NCBI GenBank assembly: GCA_013202745.1
Contig: JABMRJ010000062.1
Location: forward strand, 1-41,208
Source of the DNA: Candidatus Omnitrophota bacterium
Lineage (GTDB): Bacteria; Omnitrophota; Gorgyraeia; JABMRJ01
Reading direction: 5' to 3'
Length of the DNA stretch: 41,208 bases
The notes beneath the pieces are model-generated. The model ran no database searches. It saw nothing but the letters and a program-made list of their open reading frames with translations, and was not told the origin of the DNA. The position numbers and the translations under genes were made by a program. This document shows positions 1 to 8,441 of this stretch, piece by piece (position 1 is the stretch's first letter; the number at the start of each line of letters is the position of its first letter).

Positions 1-823
1 CATCCGCTATCTTTCCGTAATCAACGAGCGAAATCGCTTCCGACCTGTTTTTCGGGTCTATGCCCAGCCCTTTTAAGACGTCTATTATCTCCGCCTTTTT
101 CATGCCAAGAGCCTCTTTATGCGAAAGCGCTGAGGAGAGCATCTTCCTGCGCTGCAAGAAGGCAGATCTTATAACCTTATTTAACGTATTCTCGTCCCTC
201 ACCTTTATGGGGGGTTCTTTAAGGAGTTTCAATTTAACAAGGGATGAATCGACTTCAGGCCTCGGGAAGAATACACCCCTGTTGATATCGAGCAGGATCT
301 CTATATCGCAATGGTACTGCAAGAAGAGACTGAACGCCCCGTAGTCCTTATTTCCAGGGACCGCATTCATGCGGTGCGCAACCTCTTTCTGCACAGTAAT
401 AAAGGCGGTATCTACCCTGTCTTTAAATTCTATGATCTTTTGTATGATCGGGGTCGTAATATAGTACGGTACGGCGCCTACAATCTTTATCCCTTTAAAG
501 GAGAGGCGGCGTATGTCAAATTTTAGAAAATCCTCGTTGATTATCTCCAGATTCTTCGCACTCTTAAGGATCTTCTTCAGGTTGAGGGCGAGCTTCTTAT
601 CTATCTCAATGGCATATACGAATCCGCCTTCTCTTGCAAGGGCCTCGGTAAGCGCCCCCAGCCCGGCCCCTATCTCTAAGATTACGTCATTTGCCTCTAT
701 GCCAAGCAGCCTGATAATCTTCTCCCTGGCATTCTTATCTATGAGAAAATTCTGGCCGAGCCTCTTCTTGAGATAAAAGCCTTCCTTCTTCCCTAAATCT
801 GTTATCTGGGTCTTCGTAAGCAT
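1..823 (-). CDS. rsmA: 16S rRNA (adenine1518/adenine1519-N6)-dimethyltransferase RsmA/KsgA; the 3' end runs off the window
   Basis: Absent from the ORF track because it is open at the window edge. Hand translation from the ATG at 823-821 gives MLTKTQITDLGKKEGFYLKKRLGQNFLIDKNAREKII..DVILEIGAGLGALTEAL..AVPYYITTPII..FFPRPEVDS. The LGQNFL and EIGxGxGxLT motifs are typical of KsgA. About 274 codons are open to the window edge. The start overlaps the pdxA stop by 22 nt, and the order surA-pdxA-ksgA is classical. Confidence 0.88.
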   Translation of the reverse strand, partial: MLTKTQITDLGKKEGFYLKKRLGQNFLIDKNAREKIIRLLGIEANDVILEIGAGLGALTEALAREGGFVYAIEIDKKLALNLKKILKSAKNLEIINEDFLKFDIRRLSFKGIKIVGAVPYYITTPIIQKIIEFKDRVDTAFITVQKEVAHRMNAVPGNKDYGAFSLFLQYHCDIEILLDINRGVFFPRPEVDSSLVKLKLLKEPPIKVRDENTLNKVIRSAFLQRRKMLSSALSHKEALGMKKAEIIDVLKGLGIDPKNRSEAISLVDYGKIAD

Positions 824-1743
824 AGTTTAGCAGCGAGCCTAATAGACTCTATCATGCCGGAAGGGTCGGCGATACCGCGACCGGCTATGTCGTATGCGGT
901 CCCGTGAACGGGTGAGGTCCTTACAAAGGGGAGCCCCAGCGTCACATTTACACAACTCTCGCGCCCTACCATCTTAACCGGTATCATCGCCTGATCGTGG
1001 TACATGGCAATGAGCGAGTCGAACTTCCCCCTGTAAAGAGAATTGAATGCGCTGTCAGCAGGCAGGGGGCCGTCTATGTCGGTTATTGTGCGCTTCAGGC
1101 CGTTGATCGCCGGTCTTATTATATCTATCTCTTCCCGGCCGATCACACCATTTTCGCCTGCATGGGGATTGAGCGCACAGACGCCTATCCTTGGATTGCG
1201 TATCTTAAAATTATTCTTTAAAAATGAGTGCGTGAGCTTCACCGCGTCAATTATCTTTTCTTTCGTGAGTCTCTTCGATACGCTCTTTAAAGTGATATGC
1301 CTTGTAACTACGGTTACCTTAAGGCGCTTACCTACAAACATCATCGCCACATTCTTTGATGAGGTATGGTCCCTTAAGTATTCGGTATGGCCTATAAACT
1401 TTATGCCGGCTTTGGTAATGACCTCTTTGTTTACAGGGCCTGTCACGAGTGCATCGGCTCTCTTTTGTTTGAGTAAGCGCAATGCTGTATCGAGATAAAC
1501 TACGGGAACGGTATCCGCGTTGCCCGATCCCACATCGAGCACACCAATACCGCTTTTGCCGGATATCACATGCCCGAACCTTTTGTGGCGCCTTAACGTC
1601 TTAAGGCTTCCTATGATTAAATAATCGGCGAGATTTCTTATGGAGCGCATGGAAAGGGCCCGCAGAATTACTTCGGGGCCGATGCCGCGGCCGTCACCCA
1701 TGGTAAGCAGGACCGTGGGCCTATCTGATCGAGATATAGGCAT
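802..1743 (-). CDS. pdxA: 4-hydroxythreonine-4-phosphate dehydrogenase PdxA
   Basis: 313-aa ORF. PdxA-family motifs are GIGPEV, GHTEYL, NPHAGENG and VRTSPVHGTAYDIAG. It sits between the surA-like gene and ksgA. Confidence 0.9.
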   Translation of the reverse strand: MPISRSDRPTVLLTMGDGRGIGPEVILRALSMRSIRNLADYLIIGSLKTLRRHKRFGHVISGKSGIGVLDVGSGNADTVPVVYLDTALRLLKQKRADALVTGPVNKEVITKAGIKFIGHTEYLRDHTSSKNVAMMFVGKRLKVTVVTRHITLKSVSKRLTKEKIIDAVKLTHSFLKNNFKIRNPRIGVCALNPHAGENGVIGREEIDIIRPAINGLKRTITDIDGPLPADSAFNSLYRGKFDSLIAMYHDQAMIPVKMVGRESCVNVTLGLPFVRTSPVHGTAYDIAGRGIADPSGMIESIRLAAKLCLRRPR

Positions 1744-2695
1744 TTGCTTTAAGCTTCTCCAGCCACTCTTCGAATTCCCTCTGTGCCTTAACGCGATAGA
1801 TCGCGTCCATGACCTTCAGCCTGACATCTTCAAAGGGGAGAATCTTTTCCGCTTTTCTGTCATAGATCTGGAAGAGATGGTACCCTATGGGCGTCTCTAT
1901 GATCTCGGAGATATCGTTGACTTCGAGAAAGAATATAACACTATCTATCTCTTTTAAGAGCTCCCCCTTATTAACAAAACCAATGTCCCCGCCCGCTTTA
2001 GCGTAGGGCCCTTCGGAATAGTTGAGGGCAAGTTCCCTGAAGTCGCGGCCTGTCAGAGCCATCTTGCGCACATCCTCTGCAAGCTGGTGGCTCTCAATAG
2101 GTGTACGCTGTTCGGAGCTTAACTTTATCAGGATGGTATTGGCAGCTACCTGTTCATGCTGCGTATAATCGTCAACATGGTCAGAATAGTATTTGCTCAC
2201 TTCGGAGGGCTGTATCTCAATCTTATACTTTATCTGGCTGTCTATGGTCTTCTGTATCATGAGCTGCTCTCTGTATTTTGCGCGCAGCTCACTCAGCGTC
2301 ATGTTCTGTTTGTTAAGCAGGTTCTCGAGTGTGATGTTTTTATCCTTAAGAAGACCTACTTTCGTCTCTTCCACCCTCGCATCGATCTCTTTTTCGTCTA
2401 TCGCAATGTTGAGCTTCTTTGCCTCGCTCAATATGAGCTTATCAGAGACGAGCTGCTTAAGTATATCCATCCTCGTCTCATCGATCTTTTCGTAGAAGAC
2501 CTCTTCATCCTTATAGATCTGCGTATACTGCAGATACATGGGATAGAGCACCCTGTCTACCTCTGTCTGCGTAATGACTTCATCATTGACAACAGCCACT
2601 ATCTTATCTACTATTTTTGCATAAGACGAAGTGCTGCAGAATAAAAACTGCAGGATCAATAACAGAGATATATTCGCAATAGACTTACCCGTCAT
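1721..2695 (-). CDS. surA: SurA-like periplasmic chaperone / parvulin peptidyl-prolyl isomerase
   Basis: 324 aa. It has an N-terminal signal peptide (..STSSYA/K), a SurA-N-like helical region and a parvulin core (GGDIGFVNKGEL..PIGYHLFQI). It lies upstream of pdxA. Confidence 0.78.
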   Translation of the reverse strand: MTGKSIANISLLLILQFLFCSTSSYAKIVDKIVAVVNDEVITQTEVDRVLYPMYLQYTQIYKDEEVFYEKIDETRMDILKQLVSDKLILSEAKKLNIAIDEKEIDARVEETKVGLLKDKNITLENLLNKQNMTLSELRAKYREQLMIQKTIDSQIKYKIEIQPSEVSKYYSDHVDDYTQHEQVAANTILIKLSSEQRTPIESHQLAEDVRKMALTGRDFRELALNYSEGPYAKAGGDIGFVNKGELLKEIDSVIFFLEVNDISEIIETPIGYHLFQIYDRKAEKILPFEDVRLKVMDAIYRVKAQREFEEWLEKLKANAYISIR

Positions 2696-2698
2696 ATC

Positions 2699-3598
2699 CT
2701 AACCTTCCTGGAGTACCCTATCTTCAAGGATCTCTTCTATTTCTTCGGCTGGTTCCAGGAGTTCTGAATTTATTGTGATATCCGCGCCTGATCTAAGATT
2801 CGTAAGAAGTTCGTCAAATAATCGGCGCCTCTCCTGAGAGGTAATAACGAGCTTTATCCTATCCTTGACCGTCTCATACTCTATGGGCTCCGGAGCCTTC
2901 TTTTCTGTAAGCATTATGATGTGGTACCCGAACTGCGTCTTTACCGGGCCCGATATTTCGCCAACCCGCAATTTTGTGCAGGCATCCTCGAATTCAGGGA
3001 CCATCTGCCCTACTGTAAAGTATCCCAGATCCCCGCCGCGCTTATTGGTAACATCGAGTGAGTGATTCTTTGCCAGTTCGCCGAATATTGCGCCGGCATT
3101 CAGGCGGTCGAGGATATCGACGGCCTCGCTTAAGGTCTTGACGAGTATGTGGGATGCCTTAAAGAGTTCCGGGCTTACAAAGTCTTTCTTATGCTCTTCG
3201 TAATACGCCTGCATCTGCAGTTCGCCGATGTCTATCTTGTCCTCTATCTCTTCCTTTGCATATTTCGCTATCATTATCTTCTTCTCGGCCTCTTTTAGAA
3301 GCTTGCGTACTTCTTCGTCGTGATTGAGCTTCTTTTTGGCTGCCGCCTTGTAGAGAAGTGACTCGACTATCAGGTTTTCGAGGTATTCGACTTTATTATT
3401 CTCCGCCACGCTCCTGACATCTTCAGGCAGGTTATCTATCTTATAATAAAATTCGCTCAAGGTTATAACTTCATTGTTGACCTTCGCCAGTACGGCACTA
3501 GTATCCTTTACATCCTTATCTGTGGCCTCTTTCTTGCCGCATCCAATAATAGTAATTGCAATTATCAATACGACCGCTAGCCATGTGTGTTTCTTCAT
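2699..3598 (-). CDS. Parvulin-type peptidyl-prolyl isomerase lipoprotein (PrsA/PpiC-like)
   Basis: I placed the start at the ATG at 3598 (MKKHTWLAVVLIIAITIIGC), which follows GGAGGAG; the track's upstream start is a TTG with no RBS. It has a lipobox (IIGC) and a parvulin core (GGDLGYFTVGQMVPEFE..QFGYHIIML). Confidence 0.75.
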   Translation of the reverse strand: MKKHTWLAVVLIIAITIIGCGKKEATDKDVKDTSAVLAKVNNEVITLSEFYYKIDNLPEDVRSVAENNKVEYLENLIVESLLYKAAAKKKLNHDEEVRKLLKEAEKKIMIAKYAKEEIEDKIDIGELQMQAYYEEHKKDFVSPELFKASHILVKTLSEAVDILDRLNAGAIFGELAKNHSLDVTNKRGGDLGYFTVGQMVPEFEDACTKLRVGEISGPVKTQFGYHIIMLTEKKAPEPIEYETVKDRIKLVITSQERRRLFDELLTNLRSGADITINSELLEPAEEIEEILEDRVLQEG

Positions 3599-3660
3599 AA
3601 CTCCTCCTATAATTTTATTTATATTACCATATGATAGCTTATAATACAAGGCTATTGTGA

Positions 3661-5556
3661 CTAATTCTTGAACGTATCGATAGCAGATTTTAACAGACGG
3701 CAGTAGAGGTCAAAGCCAACGGCCTCCACAAAACCATGCTGCTCGGAGCCAAGCAGATTACCTGCGCCCCGTATCTCCAGATCCTCCATCGCAAGCTTAA
3801 ATCCGGAGCCGAGCTCTGAGAATTTCTGTATAGAGGATAACCTCTTCTGCGCATCGTTTGATAGTGTCGTGCGTTTCGGCACAAGCAGATATGCATAAGC
3901 ATCTCTGGTAAAACGGCCCACCCTTCCCCTTAGCTGGTAGAGGTCGGCAAGACCGAATGTATCGGCACGATTTATGAATATGGTATTGGCATTGGGTATG
4001 TCTATCCCTGACTCTATGATTGTGGTACAGACGAGTATATCTATCTTATTGGCTATAAACCCCAACATCGTCTTCTCAAGCTCTCTTTCTGTCATCCGGC
4101 CGTGGCCAACCTCTATACGCGCGTCAGGCAGGAGAATTTTAAGTTTATTCGCTATCTTTTCGATGCCCCGGACCCTGTTATGAACAAAGAAGATCTGCCC
4201 CTTCCTCTTTAGCTCCTTCCGGGCCGTTCTTTTAATAAAATCATCCGTATATTCTACAACCTGCGTCTTGACGGCAAGCCGTTTTGCCGGAGGTGTATTG
4301 ATTACAGACATATTCTTTGCACCAACGAGGGCCATATATAACGTCCTCGGTATGGGGGTGGCCGTAAGCGTCAGCACGTCGACCATAAGCTTGAGTGACT
4401 TTATCCTCTCCTTCGCCTTCACGCCAAAGCGCTGTTCTTCATCTATTATCAAAAGCCCTAGATCCTTTATCTTTATATCCTGGGAAAGTAGACGGTGCGT
4501 ACCTATGACTATATCAACTGTGCCCGCCTTGAGGCCGTCAACTATGATGGACTGTTCTGTCTTCGTCCTGAATCTCGACAACATCTCTATCCTCACAGGA
4601 AAGTCTTTCATCCTCTTTCTGAATGTATTATAATGCTGCTCCGCAAGGATCGTTGTAGGGACCAATATACAGACCTGTTTGCTATCCATGACCGCTTTAA
4701 ATGCAGCCCTAAGCGCAACCTCGGTCTTGCCGTAACCAACATCTCCGCACAGGAGCCTGTCCATCGGGCCGGGCTTCTCCATGTCCTTCTTCGTCTCTAC
4801 GGCGGACTTGGCCTGATCAGGCGTCTCGTCATAGGCGAATGCATCTTCGAGCAACTTCTGCCAGTCTGTGTCTTTGGAGAATTTATGCCCTACAAGGGCG
4901 CCTCTCTTTGCCTGCATCTCAAGTAGCTCATAGGCAAAGGTCACGACACCCTTCTGGGCCTTCCGTTTTATGCGCTGCCAGCTACGCGAACCGAGCTTCT
5001 GGAGTTTTGGGGGCCTCTTATGGAAGGTTACGTACTTCTGAATGAGGTTAAGGTCACTCGAAGGCACATAGAGCGTATCCCTCCCGGCATATTCTATTAC
5101 GAGGTGATCTATATATTTCTTATCTACCTTGATGCGGTCCATGCCGCGGTAGATCCCTATACCGAATTTTGTATGGACGACATGGTCACCCGGCTTTATA
5201 TCTATAAAATTGTTTATGGGGTATTCGTCGCCGTATTCATCGTGCTTTTTCTTTATCCTCCTGGGCCTTATGCCTTTTATCGGGAGCATTATAATGGCAT
5301 CGTGGTCCTCGAATCTCTTGCCGCTTAAGAGATCGTAGCTCGCTATCCTATCTATCTTATCCCGATAGAGCTCTATTCTAACAGGGGATTGAAAATTTAG
5401 GGGAAAGCATTCGATAATCTCACCCCTTCTGCTAAAATCCCCTTCTTCAAGAGTATGGTCACACCCTTTATAGCCGAAGGCGGTAAGCCTGAGGAGGAGA
5501 TCCTCAGGATCGATATGTCTATTCTTGTAGATCTTTATTGTGTCGAACGTCGTCAT
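3661..5556 (-). CDS. mfd: Transcription-repair coupling factor Mfd, unusually short (631 aa)
   Basis: It carries a UvrB-homology remnant (GDFSRRGEIIECFP..PVRIELYRDKIDRI), a CarD-like RNAP-interaction domain (GDHVVHTKFGIGIY) and an SF2 translocase (GDVGYGKTEVA, IIDEEQRFG, QLRGRVGR). It ends right after the translocase, and flanking genes leave no room for the missing domains. Confidence 0.85.
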   Translation of the reverse strand: MTTFDTIKIYKNRHIDPEDLLLRLTAFGYKGCDHTLEEGDFSRRGEIIECFPLNFQSPVRIELYRDKIDRIASYDLLSGKRFEDHDAIIMLPIKGIRPRRIKKKHDEYGDEYPINNFIDIKPGDHVVHTKFGIGIYRGMDRIKVDKKYIDHLVIEYAGRDTLYVPSSDLNLIQKYVTFHKRPPKLQKLGSRSWQRIKRKAQKGVVTFAYELLEMQAKRGALVGHKFSKDTDWQKLLEDAFAYDETPDQAKSAVETKKDMEKPGPMDRLLCGDVGYGKTEVALRAAFKAVMDSKQVCILVPTTILAEQHYNTFRKRMKDFPVRIEMLSRFRTKTEQSIIVDGLKAGTVDIVIGTHRLLSQDIKIKDLGLLIIDEEQRFGVKAKERIKSLKLMVDVLTLTATPIPRTLYMALVGAKNMSVINTPPAKRLAVKTQVVEYTDDFIKRTARKELKRKGQIFFVHNRVRGIEKIANKLKILLPDARIEVGHGRMTERELEKTMLGFIANKIDILVCTTIIESGIDIPNANTIFINRADTFGLADLYQLRGRVGRFTRDAYAYLLVPKRTTLSNDAQKRLSSIQKFSELGSGFKLAMEDLEIRGAGNLLGSEQHGFVEAVGFDLYCRLLKSAIDTFKN

Positions 5557-5568
5557 TGGGGTAGGCAG

Positions 5569-7263
5569 TTACATTTGAGTGGGGGCACTCACTCCTAAGA
5601 GGCGCAGACCATTGGCGATGACTATCCTAATACAATCTACAAGGAGCAGCCTCGCCCTTGTAAGAGCAAGGTCCTCCTGTGAGACCACCCTGTGTTTACT
5701 ATAGAAACTATGAAAGCTCTTTGCGAGCTCTTCTAAGTATGAGACCATCCTGTAAGGTTCATAACCCTCTGCGCTTGAGCGGACTGCAAACGGAAATTGC
5801 CGCAGCATCCTCAATATATTAAATTCTTCTTTAGTTTTAAGCGGCATAAGGTCGATATGGCCGGCATCTGCCCCTATCTTCATCGTATCACCGGCATGTT
5901 TGATTATGCTCGATATACGCGCGTGCGCATACTGTATATAGTAGACAGGGTTGTCGAGCGTCTGCTTCTTCGCAAGTTCAAGATCGAAATCGAGATGACT
6001 GTCGCGCTTCCTCCTTAAGAAGAAGTATCTCGCGCAGTCACGCCCTATCTCATCCATCACCTCTTTGAGCGTGATGAAACTCCCCGCCCTCGTAGACATG
6101 GGTATAGGCGTCTTCCCTCTGTACAGCGTAACAAGCTGAATTATCAGCACAGATAAGGCATCCGCATCAAGCCCCAAGCCTGTAATGGCCGCCTTTATCC
6201 TGGGAATGTAACCGTGGTGGTCAGGCCCCCAGGTATTTATGAGCCTTGTAAATCCCCTCTTATACTTATCCATGTGATAGGCAATGTCAGGGCCCAGGTA
6301 TGTAAAGGCCTTGTCACTCTTTATTATAACTCTGTCTTTTTCATCTCCGAATGCGCTCGACTTGAGCCAGAGTGCACCTTCGTGCATATATGTATGGCCA
6401 TTCTTATCGAGTATCGAGAGTGCCTTTTTTACATTTCCGCCTTTTGTGAGTTTACGCTGAGAAAACCAGGTATTAAACTTAACGCCAAATGCAATAAGGT
6501 CTCTTTTGATATCCTTTAAGATGACCTTGTAGCCGTAGTCTGAAAAGAATGAAAGCGGTGCATGCGCTTTACGCGCGCCGTTTCTCTTTTTTATAATACC
6601 TGCGATATCCTTTACATATTCACCGCGGTAACCGTCCTGTGGAAACTCTGTCTTTTCGTTGATCAGTTCGAGATATCTTGCACGTATGGAAGCGCCGAGT
6701 AAGTTTATCTGCCTGCCTTCATCATTAAGATAATACTCTTTGTACACCTTAAAACCGGAAAACTTTAATATATTGGCGAGTGAATCCCCGAATGCCGCCT
6801 GGCGGCCGTGTGCTATCGTAAGGGGACCCGTAGGGTTTGCGCTCACAAACTCTATATTTGTCTTTATGCCGCAGCCTATTTCGTTCCTCCCGAAGTTACC
6901 GGCCTCTTTTTTAATCCGCGCGAGCACGTGATACAGGCATTCGCCCTTGAGGAAAAAATTTATGAACCCCGGAGCGCCCACTTCACAATTTTTGATTATT
7001 GCGCAGTATGGCGGGTTCTTGATGCGCAGCTTTATCTGGTCGACCATTATGTGGGCTATCTCTTTTGCCGGGTGCCGTATCCTGTGGCCTATCTGGAGGG
7101 CTATATTTGAAGCGAGGTCGCCAAATGAACTCTGCTTAGGTATATCGAGTGTAATCTCGGGTGAGTCTTTAAATGCAAAATATTCTTTAAGTTTATCCGC
7201 GGATTCTTTAAGAAGGGTGAGTACGGCTTTCTCTATATCTACCATGTTATAAGCTAGAGGCAA
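5569..7263 (-). CDS. argS: Arginine--tRNA ligase
   Basis: 564 aa. Class I signature region SANPTGPLTIAHGR, KMSKS-equivalent PMSTRAGSF, and a C-terminal DALR-type anticodon-binding region. Confidence 0.93.
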   Translation of the reverse strand: MPLAYNMVDIEKAVLTLLKESADKLKEYFAFKDSPEITLDIPKQSSFGDLASNIALQIGHRIRHPAKEIAHIMVDQIKLRIKNPPYCAIIKNCEVGAPGFINFFLKGECLYHVLARIKKEAGNFGRNEIGCGIKTNIEFVSANPTGPLTIAHGRQAAFGDSLANILKFSGFKVYKEYYLNDEGRQINLLGASIRARYLELINEKTEFPQDGYRGEYVKDIAGIIKKRNGARKAHAPLSFFSDYGYKVILKDIKRDLIAFGVKFNTWFSQRKLTKGGNVKKALSILDKNGHTYMHEGALWLKSSAFGDEKDRVIIKSDKAFTYLGPDIAYHMDKYKRGFTRLINTWGPDHHGYIPRIKAAITGLGLDADALSVLIIQLVTLYRGKTPIPMSTRAGSFITLKEVMDEIGRDCARYFFLRRKRDSHLDFDLELAKKQTLDNPVYYIQYAHARISSIIKHAGDTMKIGADAGHIDLMPLKTKEEFNILRMLRQFPFAVRSSAEGYEPYRMVSYLEELAKSFHSFYSKHRVVSQEDLALTRARLLLVDCIRIVIANGLRLLGVSAPTQM

Positions 7264-7543
7264 ACGGTTCTTCTTTATATTCTAATTGCGGAGAATCGGC
7301 CCAGAGACGTTCAAGGCCGTAGAAACTTCTCGTATCCTGGATAAATACATGCGCTATGATATCACAAAAATCCAGTAGCACCCAGGTGCCTTCTGCATAA
7401 CCTTCGATATTTAAAGGTATTATTCCTTTTTGGCGGGCCGTCTCTTCAATGCTATCGGATATGGCTCTTACCTGTCTTGTAGACCTTCCACTGGCTATGA
7501 CAAAGTAATCACAGATCTGTGATGGCCGCCGCATATCCAGCAT
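7247..7543 (-). CDS. rsfS: Ribosomal silencing factor RsfS (Iojap family); the true start is probably upstream (to about 7612) at a non-canonical codon
   Basis: RsfS core DYFVIASGRSTRQVRAISDSI. The frame stays open upstream of the first ATG and encodes the conserved N-terminal helix (..EAKLRLIAQAACDKKAEDVIMLDM). There is no ATG, GTG or TTG between 7544 and 7645. Confidence 0.85.
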   Translation of the reverse strand: MLDMRRPSQICDYFVIASGRSTRQVRAISDSIEETARQKGIIPLNIEGYAEGTWVLLDFCDIIAHVFIQDTRSFYGLERLWADSPQLEYKEEPFASSL

Positions 7544-7645
7544 TATAACATCCTCCGCTTTCTTATCACAAGCGGCCTGCGCTATAAGGCGGAGCTTTGC
7601 TTCTGTATTTATTGTAACTTCCTCTTTTGCAGATATATTATAGGA

Positions 7646-7789
7646 TTACTTACCCATTATGCGGTACATGCCGGTTCCGCAATCTGGACACTTACCCTTC
7701 ATTGCTTTTCTCTTGTTCTTCATCGTTACTTCTTTTGCGTCTTTCATCTCTTTCTTTGCTTTGCATTTTACACAATAACCCGTTGCCAT
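7646..7789 (-). CDS. Small zinc-ribbon protein, DUF5679-like (47 aa)
   Basis: Absent from the track because it is under 60 aa. Hand translation gives MATGYCVKCKAKKEMKDAKEVTMKNKRKAMKGKCPDCGTGMYRIMGK, with a CxxC..CxxC pattern. A GGAGGTG RBS lies 6 nt upstream of the ATG at 7789. The sequence resembles the DUF5679 family from memory. Confidence 0.7.
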   Translation of the reverse strand: MATGYCVKCKAKKEMKDAKEVTMKNKRKAMKGKCPDCGTGMYRIMGK

Positions 7790-7830
7790 TCTTTCACCTC
7801 CTCATTTTATATTCCGAATCAGTTGCAATA

Positions 7831-7858
7831 AGTTTACCATATATATATAGAATGTCAA
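7831..7858 (-). promoter_or_regulatory. Sigma70-like promoter for the DUF5679-rsfS unit
   Basis: On the minus strand: TTGACA (7858-7853), a 16-nt spacer, then TAAACT (7836-7831), preceded by TGG. It lies just downstream of the nadD stop. Confidence 0.45.
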
Positions 7859-7865
7859 GCCTGCA

Positions 7866-8432
7866 CTAGCGATATAACTCCTTTGTAATAATATAATTAT
7901 ACACTTCTTTAGGCACAAACTCCTTGAATGGCTCCCCTTCCCGGGCACACCTCCTTATCTTTGAAGAAGATATATCAGGCAAATCCGCGTCGAGGATCCT
8001 TATATGGGCAGGGGGTTTATCCATTGCAAAGCCTGCACGCCTGGCTATAACAAACGTACATATCTTCTCAAGCTCGTCTATATCCTTCCATGAGGCGAGC
8101 TCCTTTAAGTAATCTGAGCCGGCTATGAAGAATATTTCAGCATCCTGAAACATCCGCTTAAACTCTTTTATCGTATTGATAGTATATGATGTACCCTTAA
8201 GCCTGAATTCAATATCTGATACCGCGAAGCCGGGAGACCCCTTACAGGCAAGGCTTGCCATCTCATATCGGTCTTTCCATGGGAGTATCTCTTCATTATC
8301 TTTATGGGGAGGTATGTATGATGGAATGAAGATGATCTTGTCCAGCTTGAGTTGTATTTTAGCCTTTCGAGCGAGTTCTATATGTCCAAGGTGGGCAGGA
8401 TCGAATGTCCCGCCCAGTATACCAATCTTCAT
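7866..8432 (-). CDS. nadD: Nicotinate-nucleotide adenylyltransferase
   Basis: 188 aa. GILGGTFDPAHLGH (HxGH motif) and ISSSKIR (ISSTxxR-like) motifs. Confidence 0.9.
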   Translation of the reverse strand: MKIGILGGTFDPAHLGHIELARKAKIQLKLDKIIFIPSYIPPHKDNEEILPWKDRYEMASLACKGSPGFAVSDIEFRLKGTSYTINTIKEFKRMFQDAEIFFIAGSDYLKELASWKDIDELEKICTFVIARRAGFAMDKPPAHIRILDADLPDISSSKIRRCAREGEPFKEFVPKEVYNYIITKELYR

Positions 8433-8441
8433 TTAAGGCCC

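Noticed and set aside
60-776. Three plus-strand ORFs (94, 71 and 87 aa) at the left edge
   Set aside because: They are antisense shadows of the minus-strand rsmA/ksgA gene, which translates cleanly with diagnostic motifs. The plus-strand peptides are low-complexity and have no RBS.
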